DNA of 64,000 bases from Parcubacteria group bacterium (GCA_943358385.1 CALRGX010000004.1:10610-74609); one strand, 5' to 3'. Shown: positions 47,462 to 57,873, counted from the stretch's first letter. Translations and numbers: made by a program. Notes: generated from the letters alone by a model not told the origin.

Positions 47462-47490
47462 ATTATACTCTTAATTAGAGTATAAGTCAA
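47462..47490 (-). promoter_or_regulatory. Sigma70 promoter overlapped by palindromic operator
   Basis: TTGACT-17 nt-TATAAT; palindrome TTATACTCT-TAATT-AGAGTATAA at 47463-47485. Confidence 0.7.
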
Positions 47491-47552
47491 TTATTTGGGC
47501 GCCACATAGTAAGGCGCGGAACCTGTGGTTCCGCGCCTTGGCATGAATGCCG

Positions 47553-48599
47553 TTATACCCTGTGCACATATGACGCAAGGACCACCAGTGCCGGGGTAGC
47601 GCGCAGCTCTTCGCGTACCATGCTATGCACCGTATCGGCAGCAGGAGCGGTTGCGCCCATCAATTTTCCGAACAGTCCTTGAGGGCCTTCTGGCGCCTTG
47701 AAGAACACACAATCCTTCTCAGATTTCCCCAAGAGGGCAATCATCTTGGCGCGCACCTCAGTTGCGTGCATAACATCGTCGATGAGCCCAAGCGCTTTCG
47801 CCTGTGCTGCACCCACCACTCGTGCACCCAACCCTTCGAGCGTTTCAACAGGGATGCCTCGCCCTTCAGCAACCACTGCGCAAAAACGCGCATAGGTACG
47901 ATCAAGCACGGCCCTGAAGTTGGCAACATCACCTTCGTCAGGTCGGACAAAAGGACTGCCAAATGCTTTTCCCTTGCCGGCATACAGAACGTCAGCAGAA
48001 ATGCGCCCCGTGACCGTTTGGCCAAAAAGCCCATTCCCCAATGTACTCACATCTTCGTAGTGCAGGAGTTGCGGACCGATAACACCGATGCTGCCATATA
48101 GAGTTTCGTGCTCAGTACTTATGAAGTCACTGGCACCAATCCCCCACACACCGCCAGAGGCAACCAGATCGAGGCCGTGCGACACGACTTTCTTTCCGGC
48201 AGCTTTGCAAGCGAGGATTCCCTGACGAATGTATTCCGCACCCACGGGGGTTCCACCAGGCGTGTTCCAGTACAGAATAACGCCTGCAATCTTTTCGTTA
48301 GCAGCAACTTCATTCAGAAGCGCCCCCACTGCTGAACCAACGGTGAAAGCTCCGCCCATACTGGGCATACCACCTTTCGTCGTAAGGATCGGGCCATTGA
48401 TGCGTATCTCGTAGATAGCATTCGGCACGCGAACCTTGTCCGGCTTCAATACTTTGTCATTTTTCTTCGCGCTTGATGCTCTTTTCTTGATTAGGCCGCG
48501 CAACAGCAAAGCCACAAAAGCGAGCGCGAAGAGCGTCACGAATGGGTAATGCGCAATGAACGTCCATAGCGCATTCCATATGGATGAGATAAGGGTCAC
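47553..48599 (-). CDS. S49 family peptidase (SppA-like)
   Basis: NTPGG, ASGGVW, GSIGVI, YAGKGK; GTG start after AAGGAG. Confidence 0.85.
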   Translation of the reverse strand: MTLISSIWNALWTFIAHYPFVTLFALAFVALLLRGLIKKRASSAKKNDKVLKPDKVRVPNAIYEIRINGPILTTKGGMPSMGGAFTVGSAVGALLNEVAANEKIAGVILYWNTPGGTPVGAEYIRQGILACKAAGKKVVSHGLDLVASGGVWGIGASDFISTEHETLYGSIGVIGPQLLHYEDVSTLGNGLFGQTVTGRISADVLYAGKGKAFGSPFVRPDEGDVANFRAVLDRTYARFCAVVAEGRGIPVETLEGLGARVVGAAQAKALGLIDDVMHATEVRAKMIALLGKSEKDCVFFKAPEGPQGLFGKLMGATAPAADTVHSMVREELRATPALVVLASYVHRV

Positions 48600-48749
48600 G
48601 CAGTTTCTCCTTCGTTTTGCTTCTAGTCCTTCGCGATGTAACCACAATTAGTGGGGCGAATCAATAACGACACGCACCCAAGAAGTGTACGAAAATTCTC
48701 CTTCCATCCGCTCTTAAAAAATACAACCGCCTTGTAGGCGGGTATTTTT

Positions 48750-48967
48750 TGGAGCCGATGGCGGTAATTTGCTCGCTGCGCTGCGCTTTGAGAACCACTC
48801 GGTTCTCAACGTGTCTCGCTTGCTCGCACTGCTTCCTCGCCCCGAACATACTGTTCGATTCGGGCAGGCTCCACGGAAAATCACCCCAAGAGTGCTTCCG
48901 CACACAGCAAGCTGCGTGTCGAGCGCTACCGTTTCTCCGACCCTTTTCCCTCAATCCCGGCCTTCGG
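48750..48967 (-). mobile_element. tRNA-Thr(GGT) 3'-end-bounded structured element
   Basis: Inverted tRNA 3' copy at 48951-48967, direct copy at 48750-48762, shared core with the Gln element. Confidence 0.6.
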
Positions 48968-49002
48968 AAATACAAAAACCCCCAAAGGGGTTTTTGTATT
49001 TG

Positions 49003-49075
49003 AGCCGATGGCCGGGATTGAACCGGCGACCTCGTCCTTACCATGGACGCGCTCTACCAGCTGAGCTACATCGGC
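49003..49075 (-). tRNA. tRNA-Thr(GGT)
   Basis: GCCGATG/CATCGGC acceptor, CGTCC-ATGGTAA-GGACG anticodon arm. Confidence 0.95.
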
Positions 49076-49254
49076 GAATGAGAAGCGAAATGAAAATATC
49101 ACATATTTGCATTTCCTTCGAATGATGCTGATGAAAACTTCGTTTACATCGGCGAATGAGAAGTGAAACGGACACTCGTGTACACTTTCTTGCAAAAACA
49201 AAACCGTCTACTGACGGTGAACCGAGTATAACACGCACTTCCCTTTTTTCGAGC

Positions 49255-50409
49255 CTACCGCCCACTGACCAGCAGGTTGACGACTTGTGTGAGCAAAGCC
49301 ACCACTTGTGTGTATAAGCCCACTATCACCGCCTCCGTGGTAGTCGTTGGAAGGGCACTTACTAGCTCTACCAGGGCAAGGACTGGCTGAATCAAGGTAG
49401 CTGCGCGCGGAGCCTCTGCTGGGCCTGCAATGGAACCGAGCAGCTCGCTCACCGATGGCGCCGCTACAGCGGGTGTGGCAGTGGGGCGCGGTACCAGTAG
49501 TGTGGCAGCAGCGACAGAAAGTGTCGGCGGCGATACTGTGGCGTAGGCTGAAGGGCTGTAATACCCGTACGGAGAAGCACTATTGATCGACCCCACTGAG
49601 TACGGTGATACGTACTGTGGAGTATTCAACATCTGCAACAAATACGTTCCCGCAACGCTCCCTGCAAAACTAAATGCGGGAGTAAATGTAATGGGCCGCG
49701 GCAGAGCTGATGCTGGCGGCGCGATGACGCCGCTTCCTGGAATAGCTGTGGGCGTCGCAACACCTGGTTTGGCACACGGCCCATCAGCAAGTGTCGGCTC
49801 CATGTGCTGCCTATCGCCCATCCCCAAAGGGAACGAAACTCCGAAGGAAGGAAACGATGCAGCAAAAGCATGAAGCTTAACAAAGTCACCATTCAAAGGA
49901 GTTATGTCGAGGGCCATGCCACGCAAATGGTTCGACCCGCCTTCCACTTGCCCTGTGGCCGCATTAAAGGTTCCCTGCCCTCCACACATTCCCGCGGCAG
50001 CATTACAGACGCACTGTTGCTGTGATTGCGAACGGTATGCGGAGTTGATGCGTACAGGTCCATTGCTGGCAATGAAACTCCTTATGAAGTTTGCGGCACA
50101 AATGGAGAATTGCGCATTCAGCCCGTCAATACTCGCGTTACTTTCCGTACCACATTGACTCGGTGTTTCCTTTGGCAGAGATTTGAGGAATGTTTTTGCC
50201 TCAGCACACTGCGGGAGCGAAAGCAGATTTTGAGTAGCCGTATCAAGGCACATACCCACGGTTATCGTGGTTGCTCCACATGCCTGCAATTGAGCCAGCT
50301 CTGCGGAAGTAATCAGCTGTGCCCCGGGCGGACAAAAGAATTGCTGAGCATGCGCAATGTTCGCAAAAAAGAAAGGTAGGAACATCAGCATGAGTAGCAC
50401 AGCGCGCAT
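49255..50409 (-). CDS. Secreted Cys-rich M15-family peptidase-domain protein
   Basis: Signal peptide, INSAYRSQSQQ, SNHLRGMALDI, HME; Pro/Ser/Ala-rich tail. Confidence 0.75.
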   Translation of the reverse strand: MRAVLLMLMFLPFFFANIAHAQQFFCPPGAQLITSAELAQLQACGATTITVGMCLDTATQNLLSLPQCAEAKTFLKSLPKETPSQCGTESNASIDGLNAQFSICAANFIRSFIASNGPVRINSAYRSQSQQQCVCNAAAGMCGGQGTFNAATGQVEGGSNHLRGMALDITPLNGDFVKLHAFAASFPSFGVSFPLGMGDRQHMEPTLADGPCAKPGVATPTAIPGSGVIAPPASALPRPITFTPAFSFAGSVAGTYLLQMLNTPQYVSPYSVGSINSASPYGYYSPSAYATVSPPTLSVAAATLLVPRPTATPAVAAPSVSELLGSIAGPAEAPRAATLIQPVLALVELVSALPTTTTEAVIVGLYTQVVALLTQVVNLLVSGR

Positions 50410-50485
50410 AACTAAATGCTAGCACGCCAGAAAGGCATTTTTCTTTTGTTTGCTTGTAAGGTCCTTTTTGTATAGAATGCCCAGC

Positions 50486-50556
50486 AGCGGGATAGAGGAA
50501 AGGTACCTCGTCAGGCTCATAACCTGAAGGTGTTGGTTCGACTCCAGCTCCCGCTA
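50486..50556 (+). tRNA. tRNA-Met(CAT), probable initiator
   Basis: AGCGGGA/TCCCGCT acceptor, A11:U24, TCAGG-CTCATAA-CCTGA. Confidence 0.85.
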
Positions 50557-50629
50557 CAAAACACTCAAGACCCGCCTCGGCGGGTCTTGAGTTTGAAGAA
50601 ACACACAATTATTGCTATTCTCTCAGCAC

Positions 50630-50703
50630 GTCGGGGTAGCTCAGCTGGTTAGAGCGAGCGTTTCATAAGCGCTAGGTCGTGGGTTCAAGTCCCACCCTCG
50701 ACA
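50630..50703 (+). tRNA. tRNA with CAT anticodon (elongator Met or Ile2)
   Basis: GTCGGGG/CCTCGAC acceptor, AGCGT-TTCATAA-GCGCT. Confidence 0.9.
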
Positions 50704-50751
50704 CAAAGAATAGTTGAGCCTGAAGCGTGAGCTTCAGGCGATTACTATTAT

Positions 50752-50873
50752 TGTCGAGGGTGGGACTTGAAAGCCGGAGGCGGGGGTCCCCAAAAGCTTT
50801 TGGGGCGCCGAGGCAGGCTCGTGGAATTTTTCGAGCGACGGCGAGAAAAATATCCCTGAGCAAGCCACCCCTC
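50752..50873 (+). mobile_element. tRNA(CAT) 3'-end-bounded structured element
   Basis: Perfect 20-nt inverted copy TGTCGAGGGTGGGACTTGAA at 50752-50771; degenerate direct copy at 50861-50873. Confidence 0.55.
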
Positions 50874-50923
50874 ACCCCACTTTCAATCACCCAGAAGATT
50901 TGCTAGTATAGCTGCACTCCATT

Positions 50924-50997
50924 GCGGGAGTAGCTCAGCTGGTTAGAGCGTCCGCCTGTCACGCGGAAGGTCGCGGGTTCAAGTCCCGTCTCTCGCG
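50924..50997 (+). tRNA. tRNA-Asp(GTC)
   Basis: GCGGGAG/CTCTCGC acceptor, TCCGC-CTGTCAC-GCGGA. Confidence 0.95.
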
Positions 50998-51045
50998 CAA
51001 AATGCCAAAACCGAAACAGTTGTTTCGGTTTTGTTGCATTTTGGA

Positions 51046-51234
51046 GCAAAGAGACAGGACTTGAAAGGCGGAGCCGGTATACAAGACGAGCGCAGCGAGT
51101 GCTTGTCGGCGAGCCCGGGGAGGAAGCACTTAGACTTTTCTGCGTGAGCTAGAAAAGGCTTAGTGACTTGACCCCAAGTCCCGTCTCTCGCTAAACAAAA
51201 GCCCACGATTCTGGGACAAGGCCCGTCTCTCGCG
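51046..51234 (+). mobile_element. tRNA-Asp 3'-end-bounded structured element
   Basis: Inverted copy at 51046-51065; direct copies at 51175-51191 and 51217-51234. Confidence 0.6.
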
Positions 51235-51245
51235 TCATCAATGAC

Positions 51246-52004
51246 CTACACCAAATGAAACTCCCTAAACACCTGCTCAAAGAGCGCAACCACACGCCGT
51301 ACTTCTCGTTCGCTCAAAGATAACGCCGAGCCTTCGTGTGCAATCTTGTTGCGCACCTTATGTGCTTCCCACGCCAAATCAATGGTGCGGAAGTCACTGC
51401 GCTCTACTTGCTTCAGCTTGTCCCCCATGGTGTCACCCTTGTAGCCCTGCGCATCCAAAAGCTCGTCGAGCATAATGTCGGCATCCAAAATCGCATGGCG
51501 CCAATCATTTTCATTGGTTGAATTTGCGTGCTCCAGAATTTTTGCCCAGCGCAGCTGCATTTTACTTGGCCCCGCGTGTGCTGCGTCGCCCGTCTGTTTA
51601 ATCTGATACTTCTTTTTATCTTGATACTTCACCTCCTTGAGCCGCATGTATACGAAAATAATACCCATCGCAAACAGGAGAGAAAAGAACACCGACACTG
51701 GCACCAGAATCCCCCACACCTCTTGAACAGTCGTCGCGATATCTGTTGATGCTGCACTTCCGGCGCGAATGGCATCGAATGCCGCAGGAGCCTGCGCTAC
51801 TAAACTCTCGCGCGCCGGCATGGGCAATTCCTGGAGTATGGCGTTCGCCACGGTTATCTGCTCGTCGTAACGCACATCGCCAGGGACCGGCGTCCCGGTG
51901 AGCACACTGATACTTGCCGGCAACCATCCCAAAAGAACCTGCGATGCTTGCGGGAAAAATAATGCCGAGAGTAAAAGTGCTACGAGCGCACCGCCTGCAA
52001 TCAT
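51246..52004 (-). CDS. Conserved hypothetical membrane protein
   Basis: Two TMs; C-terminal W..I...DWRHAILDAD.MLDELL...GY.G.TMGDKLK...AWEAHKVRNKIAHE. Confidence 0.8.
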   Translation of the reverse strand: MIAGGALVALLLSALFFPQASQVLLGWLPASISVLTGTPVPGDVRYDEQITVANAILQELPMPARESLVAQAPAAFDAIRAGSAASTDIATTVQEVWGILVPVSVFFSLLFAMGIIFVYMRLKEVKYQDKKKYQIKQTGDAAHAGPSKMQLRWAKILEHANSTNENDWRHAILDADIMLDELLDAQGYKGDTMGDKLKQVERSDFRTIDLAWEAHKVRNKIAHEGSALSLSEREVRRVVALFEQVFREFHLV

Positions 52005-52013
52005 ACGTGTATG

Positions 52014-53426
52014 CTACCGCATCACGGCCTCACATGCAGCCCCTACAGTGAACAGCGCCTGCTCATTGCCATGTGTCGCCATGAATTGAATGCCCACCGG
52101 AAGCTCGTTTCCATCGCGCAACACGGTTTTCATGGGAACGGATATGCCAGGAATTCCTGCAAGATTTACCGGGACGGTGAAAATATCTGCCGCATACATA
52201 GCAAGCGGATCTTCTTTTTCGCCCGCTTTAAACGCCGGTGTTGGTGATGTTGGAGTCGCAATAATATCCACCTCTGCAAATGCGCGAGCAAAATCATTTT
52301 TTATGAGCGCACGTACTGCTTCAGCTTTGCGGTAGTACGCATCCACGTATCCCGAAGAAAGTACGTAGGTACCAATCAGAATGCGTCGGCGCACTTCCTT
52401 GCCGAATCCTTGGCCACGTGTTTTTTTGTAGGTGTCCAATACGTGCTCTCCTGGGACCGCTAGACCAAAACGTACACCATCAAATCGAGCAAGGTTGGTC
52501 GACGCTTCTGCGGGCATCACGATGTAGTAGACCGCGAGCGAATGTGGTACGGCTGGCAGTTCTATATTGCGCACCTCATACCCGGCCGCCGAGAGCAACG
52601 CCAGGCTCTCTTCAAAACGAGCAAGAACATCAGGATCTGTACCTTGGGAAAGAAACGCGCGCGGTACGCCAATGACTTTTGGTTTCTTGTCCACGGCTTT
52701 TTTATCAGGAAGTGAGGTAGCATCGCGCGCATCGTGTCCAGCAATTGCATCAAATATGGTTTGCGTATCTTCTACCGTGTGTGCAAAGGGGCCGATTTGA
52801 TCAAGAGAGGAACCCATCGCAATTGCCCCAAAACGAGACACGCTGCCGTAGGTTCCCTTCATGCCCACAATGCCACAGAGTGCCGCCGGTTGGCGAATTG
52901 ACCCTCCGGTGTCTGTCCCGAGGGCACCAAGACACAAATGTGCTGCCAGAGCAGCGGCAGAGCCGCCTGATGAACCACCCGGTACACGAGCGAGATCATG
53001 TGGGTTTTTGGTGCGCCCGAATGCAGAATTTTCTGTAGAGCCACCCATGGCGAATTCGTCCATGTTCGTACGTCCCAGGAAAACCGCACCCTGCGCTTGT
53101 AGCCGCTCGATAACGTGCGCACTGTATGGTGCGACGTAGCCATCAAGAATTTTTGATGCTGCCGAGACCCGCTTCCCTTTAATTAAAATATTGTCTTTGA
53201 TAGCCAGGGGGATTCCCAAAAGTGGCGTAGACTCCCCTTTTTGGATGCGTGCGTCTGCCGCATCTGCCTGCTCCAACACATCAACAAAGACCTCGAGAAA
53301 GGCGTTCAGTTCAGCGTTCTTTTTTTCTATGCGCGCAAGGAATGCAGCTGCCAAATCGTGTGCTGTAAATTCTTTTGCATCGAGGGCGCGACGCGCTTCC
53401 TTAATGGTGAGTGTTTCTATATCCAT
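52014..53426 (-). CDS. gatA: Asp/Glu-tRNA amidotransferase subunit A
   Basis: IKDNI, NMDEFAMG, PGGSSGGSAA, GTDTGGSIRQPA, RRRILIGTYVLSSGY. Confidence 0.97.
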   Translation of the reverse strand: MDIETLTIKEARRALDAKEFTAHDLAAAFLARIEKKNAELNAFLEVFVDVLEQADAADARIQKGESTPLLGIPLAIKDNILIKGKRVSAASKILDGYVAPYSAHVIERLQAQGAVFLGRTNMDEFAMGGSTENSAFGRTKNPHDLARVPGGSSGGSAAALAAHLCLGALGTDTGGSIRQPAALCGIVGMKGTYGSVSRFGAIAMGSSLDQIGPFAHTVEDTQTIFDAIAGHDARDATSLPDKKAVDKKPKVIGVPRAFLSQGTDPDVLARFEESLALLSAAGYEVRNIELPAVPHSLAVYYIVMPAEASTNLARFDGVRFGLAVPGEHVLDTYKKTRGQGFGKEVRRRILIGTYVLSSGYVDAYYRKAEAVRALIKNDFARAFAEVDIIATPTSPTPAFKAGEKEDPLAMYAADIFTVPVNLAGIPGISVPMKTVLRDGNELPVGIQFMATHGNEQALFTVGAACEAVMR

Positions 53427-53431
53427 ACGAA

Positions 53432-55731
<2,300 letters not shown>

Positions 55732-55756
55732 CTAGCACGCGAGCGCTCTCGCCTCA

Positions 55757-56215
55757 CTAGTACGTAAGCTCTACCGCACGCTCGAGCGTACGCGGATTAT
55801 TCACAATGCCAGCGCAAGTGGTGTTGTATCCTCGAGCGTAAATGACCGTGCGCGGGAAGGTCAGGCTTTTCGTAATGGACGCACGCGCACAGTACCCATT
55901 CGGCTCGTATTCAAAAGTGGTGGCGACGCCATATCCGGGAAATTGTATGGTCCCTAAGGTCTGCAGGTCGCAGGTCGCGCCGGAGTACGGTGTAGTAGTG
56001 GCAAAAATGTTGTGGCGCAAATCCCAGTAGAGTGCGCATTCGCTCGCCGTATCTGCCGCATAAAATGCAAACTGTGAGTCACGCCCGAGTGAAGAAAGAA
56101 TAATTTCTTTCTTAATCAAACCGAAGATAGTGGCGCCCAAGAGCAAGAGCAGCGCCGAAGTAAGTGTTGCCAACAGCAAGGTAAACCCACGAGAAGAAGC
56201 GTTCTTATACATCAT
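55757..56215 (-). CDS. PilX-like minor pilin
   Basis: RGFTLLLA (no E5), SQFAFYAAD..SECALY. Confidence 0.75.
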   Translation of the reverse strand: MMYKNASSRGFTLLLATLTSALLLLLGATIFGLIKKEIILSSLGRDSQFAFYAADTASECALYWDLRHNIFATTTPYSGATCDLQTLGTIQFPGYGVATTFEYEPNGYCARASITKSLTFPRTVIYARGYNTTCAGIVNNPRTLERAVELTY

Positions 56216-56757
56216 ATGATGGTACCGTCGAGCACCCAGCGATACAGATTTTCGTGAATGGTGAATGCGCGCTCTTGGAACTTACCGGTCTGCCAACGGA
56301 CCTCAACTGATATTTTTACTTCATCGATATTCCCCCCAACAAATTCTGCACGGACCGTTCGCGTAAAGCGCGTATCCTGCCATCCCCCACCTATGCCGTA
56401 GCCGTAGAATTCGCCATCACTGCGCAACTGGTCACAGGTTCCACTGCACAGTTCCATGTTGTTATCACGTGTGTCGATGGTGAAAGGTTGACCATCGGTA
56501 TTTGGAATACCTTCGAGCAAATCCGTCGATACGCCCTGCGCATTCAAGAGTGCGTTTCCGTCGCGCACGGATCGAATTGCTTCGATTGCCTCTTGTGCTA
56601 AATGAAATGCGGTCACCTGATCACGGGCGTAAAACGCTGAGGAAAGACTTTGCGCGGCTAACGTCATCGGAGCCGCCACGGAAATAACCAGCAGTGACAC
56701 TGCAACCAGCGTTTCAATCAGGGTAAACCCAGCCACGCGTTGTTTCAGATTGTTCAT
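56212..56757 (-). CDS. Minor pilin (PilV-like)
   Basis: GFTLIETLVAV, A..LAQEAIE.IR..RD. Confidence 0.85.
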   Translation of the reverse strand: MNNLKQRVAGFTLIETLVAVSLLVISVAAPMTLAAQSLSSAFYARDQVTAFHLAQEAIEAIRSVRDGNALLNAQGVSTDLLEGIPNTDGQPFTIDTRDNNMELCSGTCDQLRSDGEFYGYGIGGGWQDTRFTRTVRAEFVGGNIDEVKISVEVRWQTGKFQERAFTIHENLYRWVLDGTII

Positions 56758-57308
56758 AGGTCGAGAAGCCGCTGTGTTGCGGTAGCTTGAATACTAAACG
56801 TAGTGCGTGTCTTTATTTTCTGCCCCCCTGCTGTTCCCTTGACGGTAATCACCACCTTTGGCTGTACCGCATCACCAACCGTGGTTCCGATGATGTAAAA
56901 ACTAAATGAATCAATATGCACTTCTGGGGCGGTCAGTGAAAAATAGTTGGTACCTCCGTCCTCAGATTTCAATATACGCCCATTCACACTGTCGTACATG
57001 TAGACCCACCTGCTGCCCAAACTATCAGGGTCCGAACCAAATGGCGTAAACGACATGTAATGCGATCCGGTGTCGCAAGGGTTGGTTCCCAGGCTCACGC
57101 CATTGCAGTAATACGACGAACCCATGCGCAAGGAGCGCACCATACCGTCGAGTGCCGTGTTCAAGTTGCCCATCACTGACTGCAGCGCTTGCGCTTTGCG
57201 TGTGGCATCAATCAAGGCCAAGAGTGCACCAGTGGAGATGAGCATGACCACCGCGAAAAGCGCGACCGACACCATCATTTCCACCAATGAAAAGCCGCGT
57301 GTTTTCAT
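56754..57308 (-). CDS. Minor pilin (PilW-like)
   Basis: RGFSLVEMMVSV N-methylation motif. Confidence 0.85.
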   Translation of the reverse strand: MKTRGFSLVEMMVSVALFAVVMLISTGALLALIDATRKAQALQSVMGNLNTALDGMVRSLRMGSSYYCNGVSLGTNPCDTGSHYMSFTPFGSDPDSLGSRWVYMYDSVNGRILKSEDGGTNYFSLTAPEVHIDSFSFYIIGTTVGDAVQPKVVITVKGTAGGQKIKTRTTFSIQATATQRLLDL

Positions 57309-57309
57309 A

Positions 57310-57873
57310 TTAGTTTTCCCCTATGGAAATCTGCCCGGTCGCTTCAACCAGTATCGAGGCAGTGTCGCCTTGTGGTGAGGTGATTATGACGCGTGCACGC
57401 TGATAGAGCGAGGAGCCACCGTTCATGCGAATGCGCGCGTCAGGCTCTGGTCGCACAAAGACGACCGTCATACGGCCCAAACCACACGTCTCCGCACCAC
57501 TCCCCATCGCTGTCCCGCAGATGTCAGTGATCCTAAATCCACGCCCGATGTTGTATGCCTGTACCAGTTCTGTCGCTTCGTCGTACAGGCCATTGTTGCC
57601 CACCGTGTCTGCAAATAGAAGGTATGACGTGTTTGCGGATGTTCTAAAATCCAATCCATACCCTGCACCAAATTCACCAGCACCGGTACCAAATTTGCGC
57701 ACTGAAATGCCGTAGGTTTGCGCTTCTCGAATAGAGAGGGCGATATCGTAGGCGAGATTCCTGAGGGTTACTACACCACCAAATTTCGCATTGTTGGCGA
57801 GCATGATGGACGTAATCAAGACCATAATGCCAGTGACCACAATCAGCTCAATCAATGTAAAACCGCGCTTCAT
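57310..57873 (-). CDS. Minor pilin (FimT/GspH-like)
   Basis: MKRGFTLIELIVV; ATGA overlap with pilD stop. Confidence 0.85.
   Translation of the reverse strand: MKRGFTLIELIVVTGIMVLITSIMLANNAKFGGVVTLRNLAYDIALSIREAQTYGISVRKFGTGAGEFGAGYGLDFRTSANTSYLLFADTVGNNGLYDEATELVQAYNIGRGFRITDICGTAMGSGAETCGLGRMTVVFVRPEPDARIRMNGGSSLYQRARVIITSPQGDTASILVEATGQISIGEN

Noticed and set aside
48661-49265. Several 60-130 aa ORFs around tRNA-Thr(GGT)
   Set aside because: They overlap the tRNA and structured repeats and show no protein motifs.
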